This document shows, piece after piece, positions 47,907-57,211 of a stretch of 64,000 nt of DNA. The stretch comes from a bacterium (GTDB lineage Bacteria; Patescibacteriota; Minisyncoccia; Phycocordibacterales; UBA1550), in the NCBI GenBank assembly GCA_030649835.1, contig JAUSES010000035.1, positions 19,590-83,589 of the forward strand, in the 5' to 3' direction. Both the position numbers and the translations under genes were made by a program. The stretch's first letter is position 1. Each line of letters begins with the position of its first letter. Under the pieces are notes generated by a model. It made no database searches, was not told where the DNA came from, and saw only the letters and a program-made list of their open reading frames with translations.

Positions 47907-49034
47907 CTATATTAGCAGGAAACTGGTGTCTCTGCGAATGTGGTCATCCCATGACTTTTTATATGTAGCAAGGTATTCTTCCTTGCTGGATAATACTGGT
48001 ATTTTTACTGTCAATCTTACATTATTAGAGATCAGGCTCTCCATGGCACGAACAAGCGCCTGAGAGTCGCCTACGGGCACTATAAGGCCATTTTCGTTGT
48101 CTTTTACTACTTCCCCTGCACAACCCACATCAGTCATTATGACAGGGCATCCCGCAGAAAGCGCCTCCACAACCGTCATGCCATATCCCTCGTAATTTGA
48201 AGTAAGGAGAAAAATATCAGCAGAGCGATAATATGGTGAAAGGTCCTTCTGCCAACTCTCAAATAGAACGTTCTTCTCAAGGCTGTATTCTCTTACTAAA
48301 CTTTTCAGGTGCGTTTCCTCTGTGCCCTCCCCCACAATGACAAGTCCTGCCTGTGGATATTTTTTGATCACCGCGCGCATAGCATCAAGTGCCATGTCAA
48401 TATTTTTTTCTTGCGCAAGTCGCGAGGCAACGAGAATGACTTTGTTGAACTGAGGATATTTTTTCCTTAAATCGGGTTCGGAGGCATGGTTAGTATTTTC
48501 GATGTTACTAGTAATCGGAAGCACCGTTATTGATGTATTCTTTTTTACTATACTTTCAATTGATTTTTTAATGCGCATTGAAACAACACGAATTGCGTGA
48601 GCTCGGGGAATCAAAAATTTTGCTAGCATCACTCGGATACGATTTACCATTGATTCATTTCTAAAATACGGACTCATCACATCTGTGTGAATTTGCAGAT
48701 GTAAGTGCGATTTAAATATGCGAGCAATAATGTATCCTGCAAATCCAGCCTCAAATGGATCTTGCGTTGTCACGACATCGATCATCACGCCACGACGCCT
48801 CAGTTTAAGCGCAAATAAAATAGCAGAAGCAATATAAAAAAATTTACTAATGGAGTTGGTCGGGTAGAGAAAAATATTTGGCTCAATTACCTCATCGTGA
48901 AGTCCAAGACTTTTTTTTGCGAACACAATGACATGGAGCTCTTCTATAAGTCCTCCATACTCAAGAAGCCGCGATCGCACAGCGCTCCCTTTTTCAAAAA
49001 CCATGCGGTCCGTTGAGATAGATAAAACCTTCAT
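47907..49034 (-). CDS. GT4 glycosyltransferase
   Basis: SRLAQEKN, SNYEGYGMTVVEALSAGCP. Confidence 0.9.
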   Translation of the reverse strand: MKVLSISTDRMVFEKGSAVRSRLLEYGGLIEELHVIVFAKKSLGLHDEVIEPNIFLYPTNSISKFFYIASAILFALKLRRRGVMIDVVTTQDPFEAGFAGYIIARIFKSHLHLQIHTDVMSPYFRNESMVNRIRVMLAKFLIPRAHAIRVVSMRIKKSIESIVKKNTSITVLPITSNIENTNHASEPDLRKKYPQFNKVILVASRLAQEKNIDMALDAMRAVIKKYPQAGLVIVGEGTEETHLKSLVREYSLEKNVLFESWQKDLSPYYRSADIFLLTSNYEGYGMTVVEALSAGCPVIMTDVGCAGEVVKDNENGLIVPVGDSQALVRAMESLISNNVRLTVKIPVLSSKEEYLATYKKSWDDHIRRDTSFLLI

Positions 49035-49146
49035 CCCGTTAGAGACAGGAGATAAAATCTCCGTGTCTAATTACATTAAACTGCCAATAATATTTATTCA
49101 ACATATGTTTATATTAACAAAAAATAACATGAGGGTCTCTAACGGG
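49035..49146. mobile_element. Start-codon-abutting inverted-repeat element, copy 4
   Basis: ATCCCGTTAGAGAC / GTCTCTAACGGGAT perfect IR; ATGAA duplicated on both sides. Confidence 0.8.
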
Positions 49147-49198
49147 ATTCATACCCCTCATAGTACCACAAATAGAGCTGTGATATACTGGGGAAATT

Positions 49199-50344
49199 AT
49201 GAAAATCCTCATCGCGACCCCCATTTATCCCCCAGAAATTGGCGGTCCTGCTACGTATATTAAAGAGCTCTGTGGACACCTTTCGGGCTCAAATGAAATA
49301 ACCGTTATTGCATATACCAACAGCGCTGATGCTTTCCCCAATACACGGCTCGTGCCAGTCGGCAAAGGTCGCCCACTTCCTATTCGATTGGCTATTTTTT
49401 TTCTAAAACTACTTAGAGAGGTTAAAAAAACAAAGCCAGATGTAATGTACGTCCAAAACGCAATGGCCGCGGGACTTCCTGTTGCACTCGTACACCTTCT
49501 AACTAAAGTTCCTTTTGTACTTAAATTTGTAGGAGACGAAGCGTGGGAGCGTGCAACGGGGCGGAAGCGCACAAAAAAACGTCTCGAAGAATTTATGGCG
49601 GACCCTGACGGAGGAATTAAAATTCGCTTGATGATGATGATTCAAGGATTTGTTCTTCGCCGTGCGAGCGTCGTCACGACACCATCGGCATATTTAAGTG
49701 AAGCACTCATTCGAACCTATGACGTAAAAAAAGAAAACGCAGTTGTAAATTATAATGCAGCTGAGCGACCCGAAAGCATACCTTTTCCGACCACGCGCAA
49801 ACCGCACCAGATAGCCACAACCGCACGACTTGTTGCATGGAAGGGCATTGGTGGTATCATTCGCGCTCTCGCAATCATTAAAAAAAGTTTCCCTGATGCG
49901 CGCCTTGTCATTGCGGGAGACGGGCCTCTGCTTGAAAATTTGCAAAAGATTGCGGAAGATTTTGAAGTTTTAGATAGTGTCACGTTCCTCGGAAATGTGT
50001 CCCGTGCCGAAACATGGCAACTTCGCAAAAATTCTGAAGTGTATGTTCTAAACTCAACATACGAGGGGCTCCCCCACACCGCACTTACAAGCTTTGCCGC
50101 CGAGATTCCTATGGTAGCAACCAACATCCCCGGCACTAACGAGGCCGTCTACCATGAAAAAACAGGGCTTCTCGTAGAAGCTGGCGATGACATAGAACTT
50201 GCAAAAGCAGTGGAGCGTCTTTTTACTAACAAAAAATTAGCGGAACAATTGGCAAAAGATGCCACCTTGCTTCTCAAAGAGAAGTTCTCATGGGAAGCGC
50301 ACACAAAAACCCTACTTAATATTTTTAAATCTGTTCTCGCGTAG
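49199..50344 (+). CDS. GT4 glycosyltransferase
   Basis: YPPEIGGPATY, RLVAWKG, STYEGLPH. Confidence 0.9.
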   Translation: MKILIATPIYPPEIGGPATYIKELCGHLSGSNEITVIAYTNSADAFPNTRLVPVGKGRPLPIRLAIFFLKLLREVKKTKPDVMYVQNAMAAGLPVALVHLLTKVPFVLKFVGDEAWERATGRKRTKKRLEEFMADPDGGIKIRLMMMIQGFVLRRASVVTTPSAYLSEALIRTYDVKKENAVVNYNAAERPESIPFPTTRKPHQIATTARLVAWKGIGGIIRALAIIKKSFPDARLVIAGDGPLLENLQKIAEDFEVLDSVTFLGNVSRAETWQLRKNSEVYVLNSTYEGLPHTALTSFAAEIPMVATNIPGTNEAVYHEKTGLLVEAGDDIELAKAVERLFTNKKLAEQLAKDATLLLKEKFSWEAHTKTLLNIFKSVLA

Positions 50345-51304
50345 CCACTTTACAAACTTCATAATCCCCTCTTCGAGTGACACCTGTTGCTCCCAACCCA
50401 AAACTTTTTTTGCTTTGTTTGTATTTGCAAATGTAGATTCTACGCTCGCATGATGACTAGGGCGGCTCTTAGCAATTGCTTTTTTATCAAGTGCTTTTTC
50501 AACAAGTGAGAGGAGTTTTTTTAACGTAACCGGTTTTGAATTTCCAATATTAAAAATCTCGTAGCTTCCTTTCGAGCTAAGTGCGAGCTCAATTGCGTGA
50601 ACGATATCGCCCACATACGTAAAATCACGCGCTCTTTTACCGGTACCGGACATCTCAATTGGCTTTCCTTTCAGGATGTTTTCTACCCATTTATAGATCA
50701 CGAGGTCTGGACGTTGACGCTCTCCATATGCATTAAAAAGGCGTAGGCACACTACGGGGAGTTTAAAATTATGCGCGTATGTGTGCGCGAGGACTTCCCC
50801 TGCCTTCTTGCTCGAACCATAAGGAGCGAGCGGGAAATCTGTTGAGCTTAATTCTGAAAATGGAGACTTTGCACTGTTGCCATAGACAGACGAGGAAGAA
50901 GTAAAAATAAATTTCTTAACTTTTTGGTCTTTTGAAAGCTCCAGGAGATTGAGGGTTCCGTGTATATTCACCGTTTCATATTCTTCTGGATCTTTCACTG
51001 AAAGGCGAGCGTTTGCCTTTGCTGCTATGTGCACCACGTGCGTCGGCACTTCTTTTATAAAAATTTTTTCTAGCGCAGAAAAATTGCGAATATCTGTTTT
51101 ATAAAACTTAAATTTCTCATTCTTCAAAAAAGGCTTGATATTCTCTCTCTTAAATGCAGGATCATAAAATGGGTCCAGGTTGTCTACGCAGACCACACGG
51201 TCCACATTTTTGCGTTTCAGGAGTGTTTCTATGAGGTTTGAGCCGATAAATCCCGCCCCACCGGTGACAAATACTGTCTGTGATTTTTTATTTTTGGTGC
51301 TCAT
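50312..51304 (-). CDS. UDP-glucuronate 4-epimerase-like protein
   Basis: VTGGAGFIGS, SSSSVYG, YGSSK, RQRPDL, RDFTYV. Confidence 0.88.
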   Translation of the reverse strand: MSTKNKKSQTVFVTGGAGFIGSNLIETLLKRKNVDRVVCVDNLDPFYDPAFKRENIKPFLKNEKFKFYKTDIRNFSALEKIFIKEVPTHVVHIAAKANARLSVKDPEEYETVNIHGTLNLLELSKDQKVKKFIFTSSSSVYGNSAKSPFSELSSTDFPLAPYGSSKKAGEVLAHTYAHNFKLPVVCLRLFNAYGERQRPDLVIYKWVENILKGKPIEMSGTGKRARDFTYVGDIVHAIELALSSKGSYEIFNIGNSKPVTLKKLLSLVEKALDKKAIAKSRPSHHASVESTFANTNKAKKVLGWEQQVSLEEGIMKFVKWLRENRFKNIK

Positions 51305-51425
51305 ATACGTAGTATACAGATTAATTTGAGGTAGGGTGGTTGGCGGGCAGGCCCGCCCCACCAGTAACTAAAATTGTTTTCATAAGGTTGTAAAAAATGC
51401 TCTGTCATTATAGGATACAATTACC

Positions 51426-52520
51426 GTGAAATCAACACAGAAGAACGAATCCTTGGAAACCACAAGGAAAGGTGAGATTGAGAAAATTTCTAGTATTTTA
51501 GGGGAAATTGGATTTTCTCTAAAAGACGACCAACCTCATCTCAGTGGGGAACGCTATCTCATGACAAAGGACAAATTGGTTCTTTTGGGAGAACACATAA
51601 AGAATAATGAGCGTGTGATAATAAAGACAAGTAAACACCCCAATGGACGCAAGGAGATTGAAACTGAAAAAAATACACGCGACCTTTTAAAGTCTCTTTC
51701 TTTCACTAAAAAAAATATTATGCTTCCTGCGGAGCTTTATTATGCAGAGCATGATGGTTTCCTTGTTTGGATTACTTCGTATGTACCACAAGAAAAAGTA
51801 TTCGTTGCACACACTCTTGAAGAGCAGTTTTTTCTTGCATTACGCGCATTTGAAGCTCAGGAGGCTTTTCATGCTGCAACATTTGAACACCTTCGTACTA
51901 TTAAGAATACATTTCCTGTTTTTGATGCAGACAAAAATGTTGAAAAATTTGAGTTTTTTAAGAAAAAGATTGAAGAGAATTTTCCAAATAAAAATCTCTC
52001 CTCAACACTTGAAACAGCAACTCATTTTTTGAAATCCAATAAACCGATAATAGACCGATATTCAAGGTATCTCGTTCATCAAGATTTTGTGCCACACAAC
52101 TTTAGAATAAAGAATAGCGAGGTCTATATGCTCGACTGTTCTGCGGTATATTTTTCAAACAAATATGAAGGATGGGCGCGCTTTCTAAACTATATGCTCA
52201 TACATAACCCGAAGCTTGAAAAACTTCTTACTAGATATATTTTAGACAATCGAGGTGAGGAAGAATATTTGAGTTTGCGCCTCATGCGAGTACTTAAAGT
52301 TGCCGAGCTCCTTGAATACTACACGCGGTCACTCAAGAAAACTGAAGGAAATTTGCGTCTTCTTACTGAGGTCCGTATAGAATTTTGGCACGATGTACTC
52401 AAGGCATTACCTACTAACAAAGAACTCGCAGACAACATCCGCAGCGATTACCTTACAAAAAGAGACTCACTTCGCTCTGTAGAAGAAAAAGAACGCCAAC
52501 GAGAATTTGCCTTAGCCTAA
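51426..52520 (+). CDS. APH/choline-kinase-like phosphotransferase
   Basis: VIIK, HQDFVPHN (HxDxxxxN), MLD. Confidence 0.65.
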   Translation: MKSTQKNESLETTRKGEIEKISSILGEIGFSLKDDQPHLSGERYLMTKDKLVLLGEHIKNNERVIIKTSKHPNGRKEIETEKNTRDLLKSLSFTKKNIMLPAELYYAEHDGFLVWITSYVPQEKVFVAHTLEEQFFLALRAFEAQEAFHAATFEHLRTIKNTFPVFDADKNVEKFEFFKKKIEENFPNKNLSSTLETATHFLKSNKPIIDRYSRYLVHQDFVPHNFRIKNSEVYMLDCSAVYFSNKYEGWARFLNYMLIHNPKLEKLLTRYILDNRGEEEYLSLRLMRVLKVAELLEYYTRSLKKTEGNLRLLTEVRIEFWHDVLKALPTNKELADNIRSDYLTKRDSLRSVEEKERQREFALA

Positions 52521-53312
52521 AAGCGAGAGTACGGCCTTCTCAATACTCTCATTGTTGGACATAAATACTTTTTGCGGCTCTTTTGAGAACGTAATCGCAT
52601 CGCCATTTTTATTTACCACACGACCGCCTGCTTCAACAAGGATACCTATCGCACTCGCAATATCAAAAGTAGAGAGTCTTCCGTAAATGTTTGCTTCCAC
52701 GCGTCCAGAAGCCACAAAACAGGTATCAAGCGCAGAACCCCCAAAATTGCCCGATTTATTTGCGTTTGCGAGAAGCCTTTCGTATCCTTCACCACCCCAC
52801 TTCCATAGCTCTGGCTTTCTTCCCGCTTTAAATAATACCTGAGCTTTCTTGAGGTCAGTTATTTTGGAAACCTCTATCCTCTCTCCATTCAAATATGCAC
52901 CTTCGCCTTTTTTAAAACTAAACATTTCGCGCGTGATGGGGTTATAAACAACACCGAGTACAGGAACACCCTTATACAAAAGCCCTACGCAAATTGCAAA
53001 GTGCGGAATGTGTCTCGCAAAATTTGCAGAGCCATCTATTGGGTCTATTGCCCACACGTATTCCCCGCTTAATAGTTCTGGTCCAGGACCTGAATCTGCT
53101 GATTCAGAGCCCTCCTCAGAATAAATACCGTACGTTGGAAATTCATTCTTAAGCGCGGTTACCAAAAAATCATTCACTACAATATCAACCGCGGTCACAA
53201 TGTCTCTTGGATCATTGTTTTTCATAGTCACCGAAAAAGTCTCTTTTGATTGTTTCAACAAAAGTTCGCCTGCATTCTTTACCAGCGCGAGTACAAAATC
53301 ATAAGTATTCAT
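52512..53312 (-). CDS. suhB: Inositol monophosphatase family protein
   Basis: SEE, WAIDPIDGSANF, GSALD..VASGR, FDIAS. Confidence 0.8.
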   Translation of the reverse strand: MNTYDFVLALVKNAGELLLKQSKETFSVTMKNNDPRDIVTAVDIVVNDFLVTALKNEFPTYGIYSEEGSESADSGPGPELLSGEYVWAIDPIDGSANFARHIPHFAICVGLLYKGVPVLGVVYNPITREMFSFKKGEGAYLNGERIEVSKITDLKKAQVLFKAGRKPELWKWGGEGYERLLANANKSGNFGGSALDTCFVASGRVEANIYGRLSTFDIASAIGILVEAGGRVVNKNGDAITFSKEPQKVFMSNNESIEKAVLSLLG

Positions 53313-53390
53313 TCCTTTATCATACTCGTTTGTGTAAAAATTGGCAAAAAAATGCTCCCTGCAAGCAGGGAGCACACGCTCAGAGCGATT

Positions 53391-54158
53391 TCAAACTTGC
53401 TGTGGGTAGCCTGCCAAAATACCGCTACGGATGAAGGAGAAGTCAGCTTCCATGCGATCTAATTCTATTTGTTGTAGTCCAAGCTTTTTCGATATAATTT
53501 CATCGTGATGAAGCCTCGCTTCAGCAGTTTGCCGAATATTAAGTGTAGGCTTTAATTTTGGATTGAGAATTGCAATACATGGGCCATGTTCGCAAATCAA
53601 TCTTACTGACGGAGCAATCTCCTCAACAGTAGTTTCGGAATCAAACCCTCCAACGTCGCGAAGCGCCTTGATGTCCCACCCTGCAAACGTGTTTTGCACA
53701 CGCCCACCGAGAACAACATCCTGAAGCTCGTCCACCGCAACACCAACAACTTTTGCGCCCTTGTCGAATGCCTCGAGCATTGCTACCATTGTATCTGTCG
53801 TCAATGCTTCTATGGCCTTGTTCGAAATAATGACGGCATAGTCAAACGAGGACAAGTCGAGAATTGTAATCCCCACATTAAGGGCTCCGCATGAATGATG
53901 CCCCGAGGCCTCTTGGACCAGTGTGCTGACATCGCAGTCTTCAAAAAGATTGATTTCTTTTGGCAGAGCTCTGTAGGTTTCCCCACAATCGTAATCTCGC
54001 GGAACAAGAACAACAATAGCCTGAAATATCGCTTCGCCGTCTGGATAATACAAGCTGTTAGCATGTGCGATACTTTTTTGAGCGCGAGCTACAACACCTG
54101 CGACATCTTCTGGGGTTTTTGCATAGCTTCTCAAAAGTAGTCCTATTTTCTTACTCAA
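53391..54158 (-). CDS. Hypothetical protein, possibly a degenerate GT-A fold
   Basis: 255-aa ORF with GAGGAG SD; GALNVG and LRDVGGFD resemble GT2 motifs. Confidence 0.55.
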   Translation of the reverse strand: MSKKIGLLLRSYAKTPEDVAGVVARAQKSIAHANSLYYPDGEAIFQAIVVLVPRDYDCGETYRALPKEINLFEDCDVSTLVQEASGHHSCGALNVGITILDLSSFDYAVIISNKAIEALTTDTMVAMLEAFDKGAKVVGVAVDELQDVVLGGRVQNTFAGWDIKALRDVGGFDSETTVEEIAPSVRLICEHGPCIAILNPKLKPTLNIRQTAEARLHHDEIISKKLGLQQIELDRMEADFSFIRSGILAGYPQQV

Positions 54159-54237
54159 TTTTCATCTCCTCAGGTTGACAAAAAACTATAAAGCTTATTT
54201 CTAAGCCACCATTTACACAGCAACAATTGTATCACCT

Positions 54238-55440
54238 TTATATTATCCTGTCAAATACTTTTCCTTTCATATCGCGCGCTATGAAATCCCAATTGTAGTT
54301 TTCGGAAACTAGCTTGTATGCAGTGGCGACAACTTTTTTTACTTGTTCGGGGTGCGCGAGAATATCCTTTACCGCTTCGGCAATTTTCTCTGGACTATCT
54401 TTGTCTACAACCCACGCGGTGGTCTCTTTGTCGGGATTGCGCTTTGCATCGAAAATAAAATCTATGAGTCCCCCCTCTTGGGTCGCAATGATGGGGATGC
54501 GCGAAGCCATTGCTGAAGCAAATGAATTTCCCATTCCCTCCGAGCGACTGGGGCGCGCAAAAATATCAGAGATTGCTCTACACTCTGCAGTTTGCTTGCG
54601 GTCTACCTGCCCGGTAAACCTCACGCGAGTTTCTATTTTTAATTCTCGCGCTAGATTTTTCAACATTTCTTCATCAGGTCCACCCCCAACAACAAGCAAC
54701 TTTATGTCCTGTGGCAAACGCGAAAGAGCGCGAATAATATCATCTACTGCATTTTTTTCTACCAATCGCGAGACCGTTACAATAAAAATATCTCCTTCCT
54801 TCTTTCCATATTTTTCCTTGAGTGCTCTTATTTCGGAATCTGAATAACTTTCTTGTGCGGGAAGCGATGCGCCGTTTGGGATGAGTTCAAGTGGGCCTTT
54901 AAATCCTCTCGCGCGCGCCCAGTTGCCGAGGAAGCTAGAAATAACCTGCACGACGTCTGCCCGCGTAAATGCACGTGTAAAAAGTGGCCACAGTGGTCGC
55001 ACTGTTTTTTCGATATAGGGAATTGGATCGCCCTCTTGAAGCGTTAGTGCGTACCCAACCTTAGGGTTCAAAATTTTAAAAATTGCTGCGGGAACACCGA
55101 CAGCATGCGCCATCATTGCCCAAATACCATCGTAGTGATATTTGCGATGCAAACGTATCGCCATGAACGCGGCACTAAACTGAAAAATAAACTTGTTTAG
55201 GTGAAGTGGAAATTTCTTTAAATCTTCTGCTGTGGGACTCTGTGTTGAAAATCCAATACGGTGCACGATCACATTTCCAATTTTTTCTACTTTTGGTAAT
55301 GTGCTATCAAATCGCAAACACACCATATGAAATTCAATATCATCTGGCGAAATCCGGTCGGTAATCTCCTTGATAGCTACTTCTGCGCCCCCAACTGAAT
55401 TAGGATAGTAAGTAAGGGAAAAAATGAGAATTTTTTTCAT
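54238..55440 (-). CDS. GT4 glycosyltransferase
   Basis: VGGAE, SRLVEKN, SRSEGMGNS. Confidence 0.9.
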   Translation of the reverse strand: MKKILIFSLTYYPNSVGGAEVAIKEITDRISPDDIEFHMVCLRFDSTLPKVEKIGNVIVHRIGFSTQSPTAEDLKKFPLHLNKFIFQFSAAFMAIRLHRKYHYDGIWAMMAHAVGVPAAIFKILNPKVGYALTLQEGDPIPYIEKTVRPLWPLFTRAFTRADVVQVISSFLGNWARARGFKGPLELIPNGASLPAQESYSDSEIRALKEKYGKKEGDIFIVTVSRLVEKNAVDDIIRALSRLPQDIKLLVVGGGPDEEMLKNLARELKIETRVRFTGQVDRKQTAECRAISDIFARPSRSEGMGNSFASAMASRIPIIATQEGGLIDFIFDAKRNPDKETTAWVVDKDSPEKIAEAVKDILAHPEQVKKVVATAYKLVSENYNWDFIARDMKGKVFDRII

Positions 55441-55452
55441 GGAAATACTACT

Positions 55453-56355
55453 TTATGTTCTGGGGTTCTTTGCTAGGAACTCGTTAACGTAGTCCTCGAG
55501 TGTCCGTGTGGCTTTCCATCCAAGCGCTTCTATCTGTGTAGTATCGATAGTAGATGACGGTCTACTCGTACTGCGGGCAGGAAGCATCGTTATCTCAGTC
55601 TTAAATAATTTTGCTACCTCCATTGTTGAATATTCTTTTGCGGAGCTAATGCCGTAGCCATCACCTAATCCTTTCTCTGCAACCAAAATAAGTGCGTCAA
55701 CAGTGTCCTCCACAGAAGTGTAGCTTCTCTTTTGTGTCCCTGGTAGTCGCATGGGTATTGGTTCGTTGTTTAAATATTTTTGCTTAAATATTTCAATGAC
55801 TGTTCCGTATTTACCCTCGAGCTCGCGTGGGCCAAATACATTATGAAAATATACAATGGCATATTTAAGGTCATACCACTCACCATAATTTTTTACAAGG
55901 TCGGTGTTTGCAGATTTTATCCATGTGTAGGGAGACAAATCCTTCCCTTCGGTGCCGTCTGCACGGGCCTCAGAGAATTTTGTGGACGAACCCGCGTACA
56001 CTAATTTAAATTTATGTTTCCTCCAAAATTCCAACACAGCGCAAGTACCATTCATGTTTAAATCCCACACGAGGTGTGGCTCCTCCATGCTTTGTGCTAC
56101 ACGAGAGTATTCCCCGAGATGAAAAACTACGTCAGGGACAAAATCTATAAGAGTTGCAATGTCCTTTGTGTGCCCCTCAATATACGTCACGCCTGTAATG
56201 TGATTTTCCTTTTTCCCCGTAAAATAATTGTCGAGCGAATAAACATTATTTGCTGGATCCATCACCAGACGCTCAACAAGATTTGACCCTATGAATCCCG
56301 CCCCACCGGTGACGAGGATGGTTTTTTTAGCAGATTTTTTAGTTGTTTCAACCAT
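55453..56355 (-). CDS. NAD-dependent epimerase/dehydratase
   Basis: VTGGAGFIGSN, SPYTWIK, HNVFGP. Confidence 0.88.
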   Translation of the reverse strand: MVETTKKSAKKTILVTGGAGFIGSNLVERLVMDPANNVYSLDNYFTGKKENHITGVTYIEGHTKDIATLIDFVPDVVFHLGEYSRVAQSMEEPHLVWDLNMNGTCAVLEFWRKHKFKLVYAGSSTKFSEARADGTEGKDLSPYTWIKSANTDLVKNYGEWYDLKYAIVYFHNVFGPRELEGKYGTVIEIFKQKYLNNEPIPMRLPGTQKRSYTSVEDTVDALILVAEKGLGDGYGISSAKEYSTMEVAKLFKTEITMLPARSTSRPSSTIDTTQIEALGWKATRTLEDYVNEFLAKNPRT

Positions 56356-56391
56356 AATTTAGGTATTATATCACTCAATCTCCACAAAAGA

Positions 56392-56421
56392 AATGCCGTC
56401 GAGATGAACCCGACGGCAAAA
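56392..56421 (-). terminator. Hairpin terminator
   Basis: TGCCGTCG..CGACGGCA with flanking A-runs. Confidence 0.55.
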
Positions 56422-56439
56422 TTCCAAAAAAACTAGATA

Positions 56440-57033
56440 TCAAATAGTGCTCCTTTGATAGACCTCTCGCGCATGTGCTGTCTCTGAACGAATAGTGAGA
56501 ACACTGATGTTCATATCTGCTCGTCCAAGCCGTGATCTGATGTTTTGTTGAATAGCTGAGCTTGTCTTAAAGACATCCTTCCTGATGAGCGCAAGAAAAT
56601 CCTTCTCAATGCTTCCACTAAATACAATCCTGTCGTCTCTCTTCATACGACTTCGTGCAATTTCAATACGACACTCGAGTTTGCCCATTCGTGCGGAAAG
56701 TAGAATGTCTTGATTGCCCTTGGCTTCAATTTTAAAGATGCGGTTAAAACATTCCTCCGCGCGCTCAAATTTCTCAGCGCGCAAAAGAGCATCGCCTGCA
56801 TACAATAAAACATACGAATAATTTTCAAATTTGCGAGCTTCCTCGCTGTGGAGATGGCTCATGAGTTTAACTGTTAGCATTTCTCGCTGAACGGTTAAAA
56901 CTATTTTCCAGATCCACAAGCAAGAGATTTTCCAAAATGGAGCCTCCTTTAAAAATCCATTCAATGGAACGGCGAGAGCGTTTATGTCACGTATCTTCTG
57001 CACTTTGTAGAGAACCTGCTGTTCTGCGTTCAT
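56440..57033 (-). CDS. Hypothetical helical protein with a TPR-like segment
   Basis: Strong SD AGGAGG before ATG 57033; YAGDALLRAEKFERAEECF. Confidence 0.55.
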   Translation of the reverse strand: MNAEQQVLYKVQKIRDINALAVPLNGFLKEAPFWKISCLWIWKIVLTVQREMLTVKLMSHLHSEEARKFENYSYVLLYAGDALLRAEKFERAEECFNRIFKIEAKGNQDILLSARMGKLECRIEIARSRMKRDDRIVFSGSIEKDFLALIRKDVFKTSSAIQQNIRSRLGRADMNISVLTIRSETAHAREVYQRSTI

Positions 57034-57135
57034 CACACACCTCCTTTCCTTCTTAAGTTGACCAGCCCTTATTAAACCATCTTTTGACAAAAAAAGCTAG
57101 CCCGCCCAACTTTTTCACAATCTGCACAAATTAGA

Positions 57136-57177
57136 AAATTCCCAATAAGAACGCGGCCGTGTTCTTATTGGGAATTT
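57136..57177. repeat. 17-bp perfect palindromic hairpin
   Basis: AAATTCCCAATAAGAAC-gcggccgt-GTTCTTATTGGGAATTT. Confidence 0.75.
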
Positions 57178-57211
57178 CAACTCTGTAGTGAATATGTAAA
57201 AGTTAGTAGGG

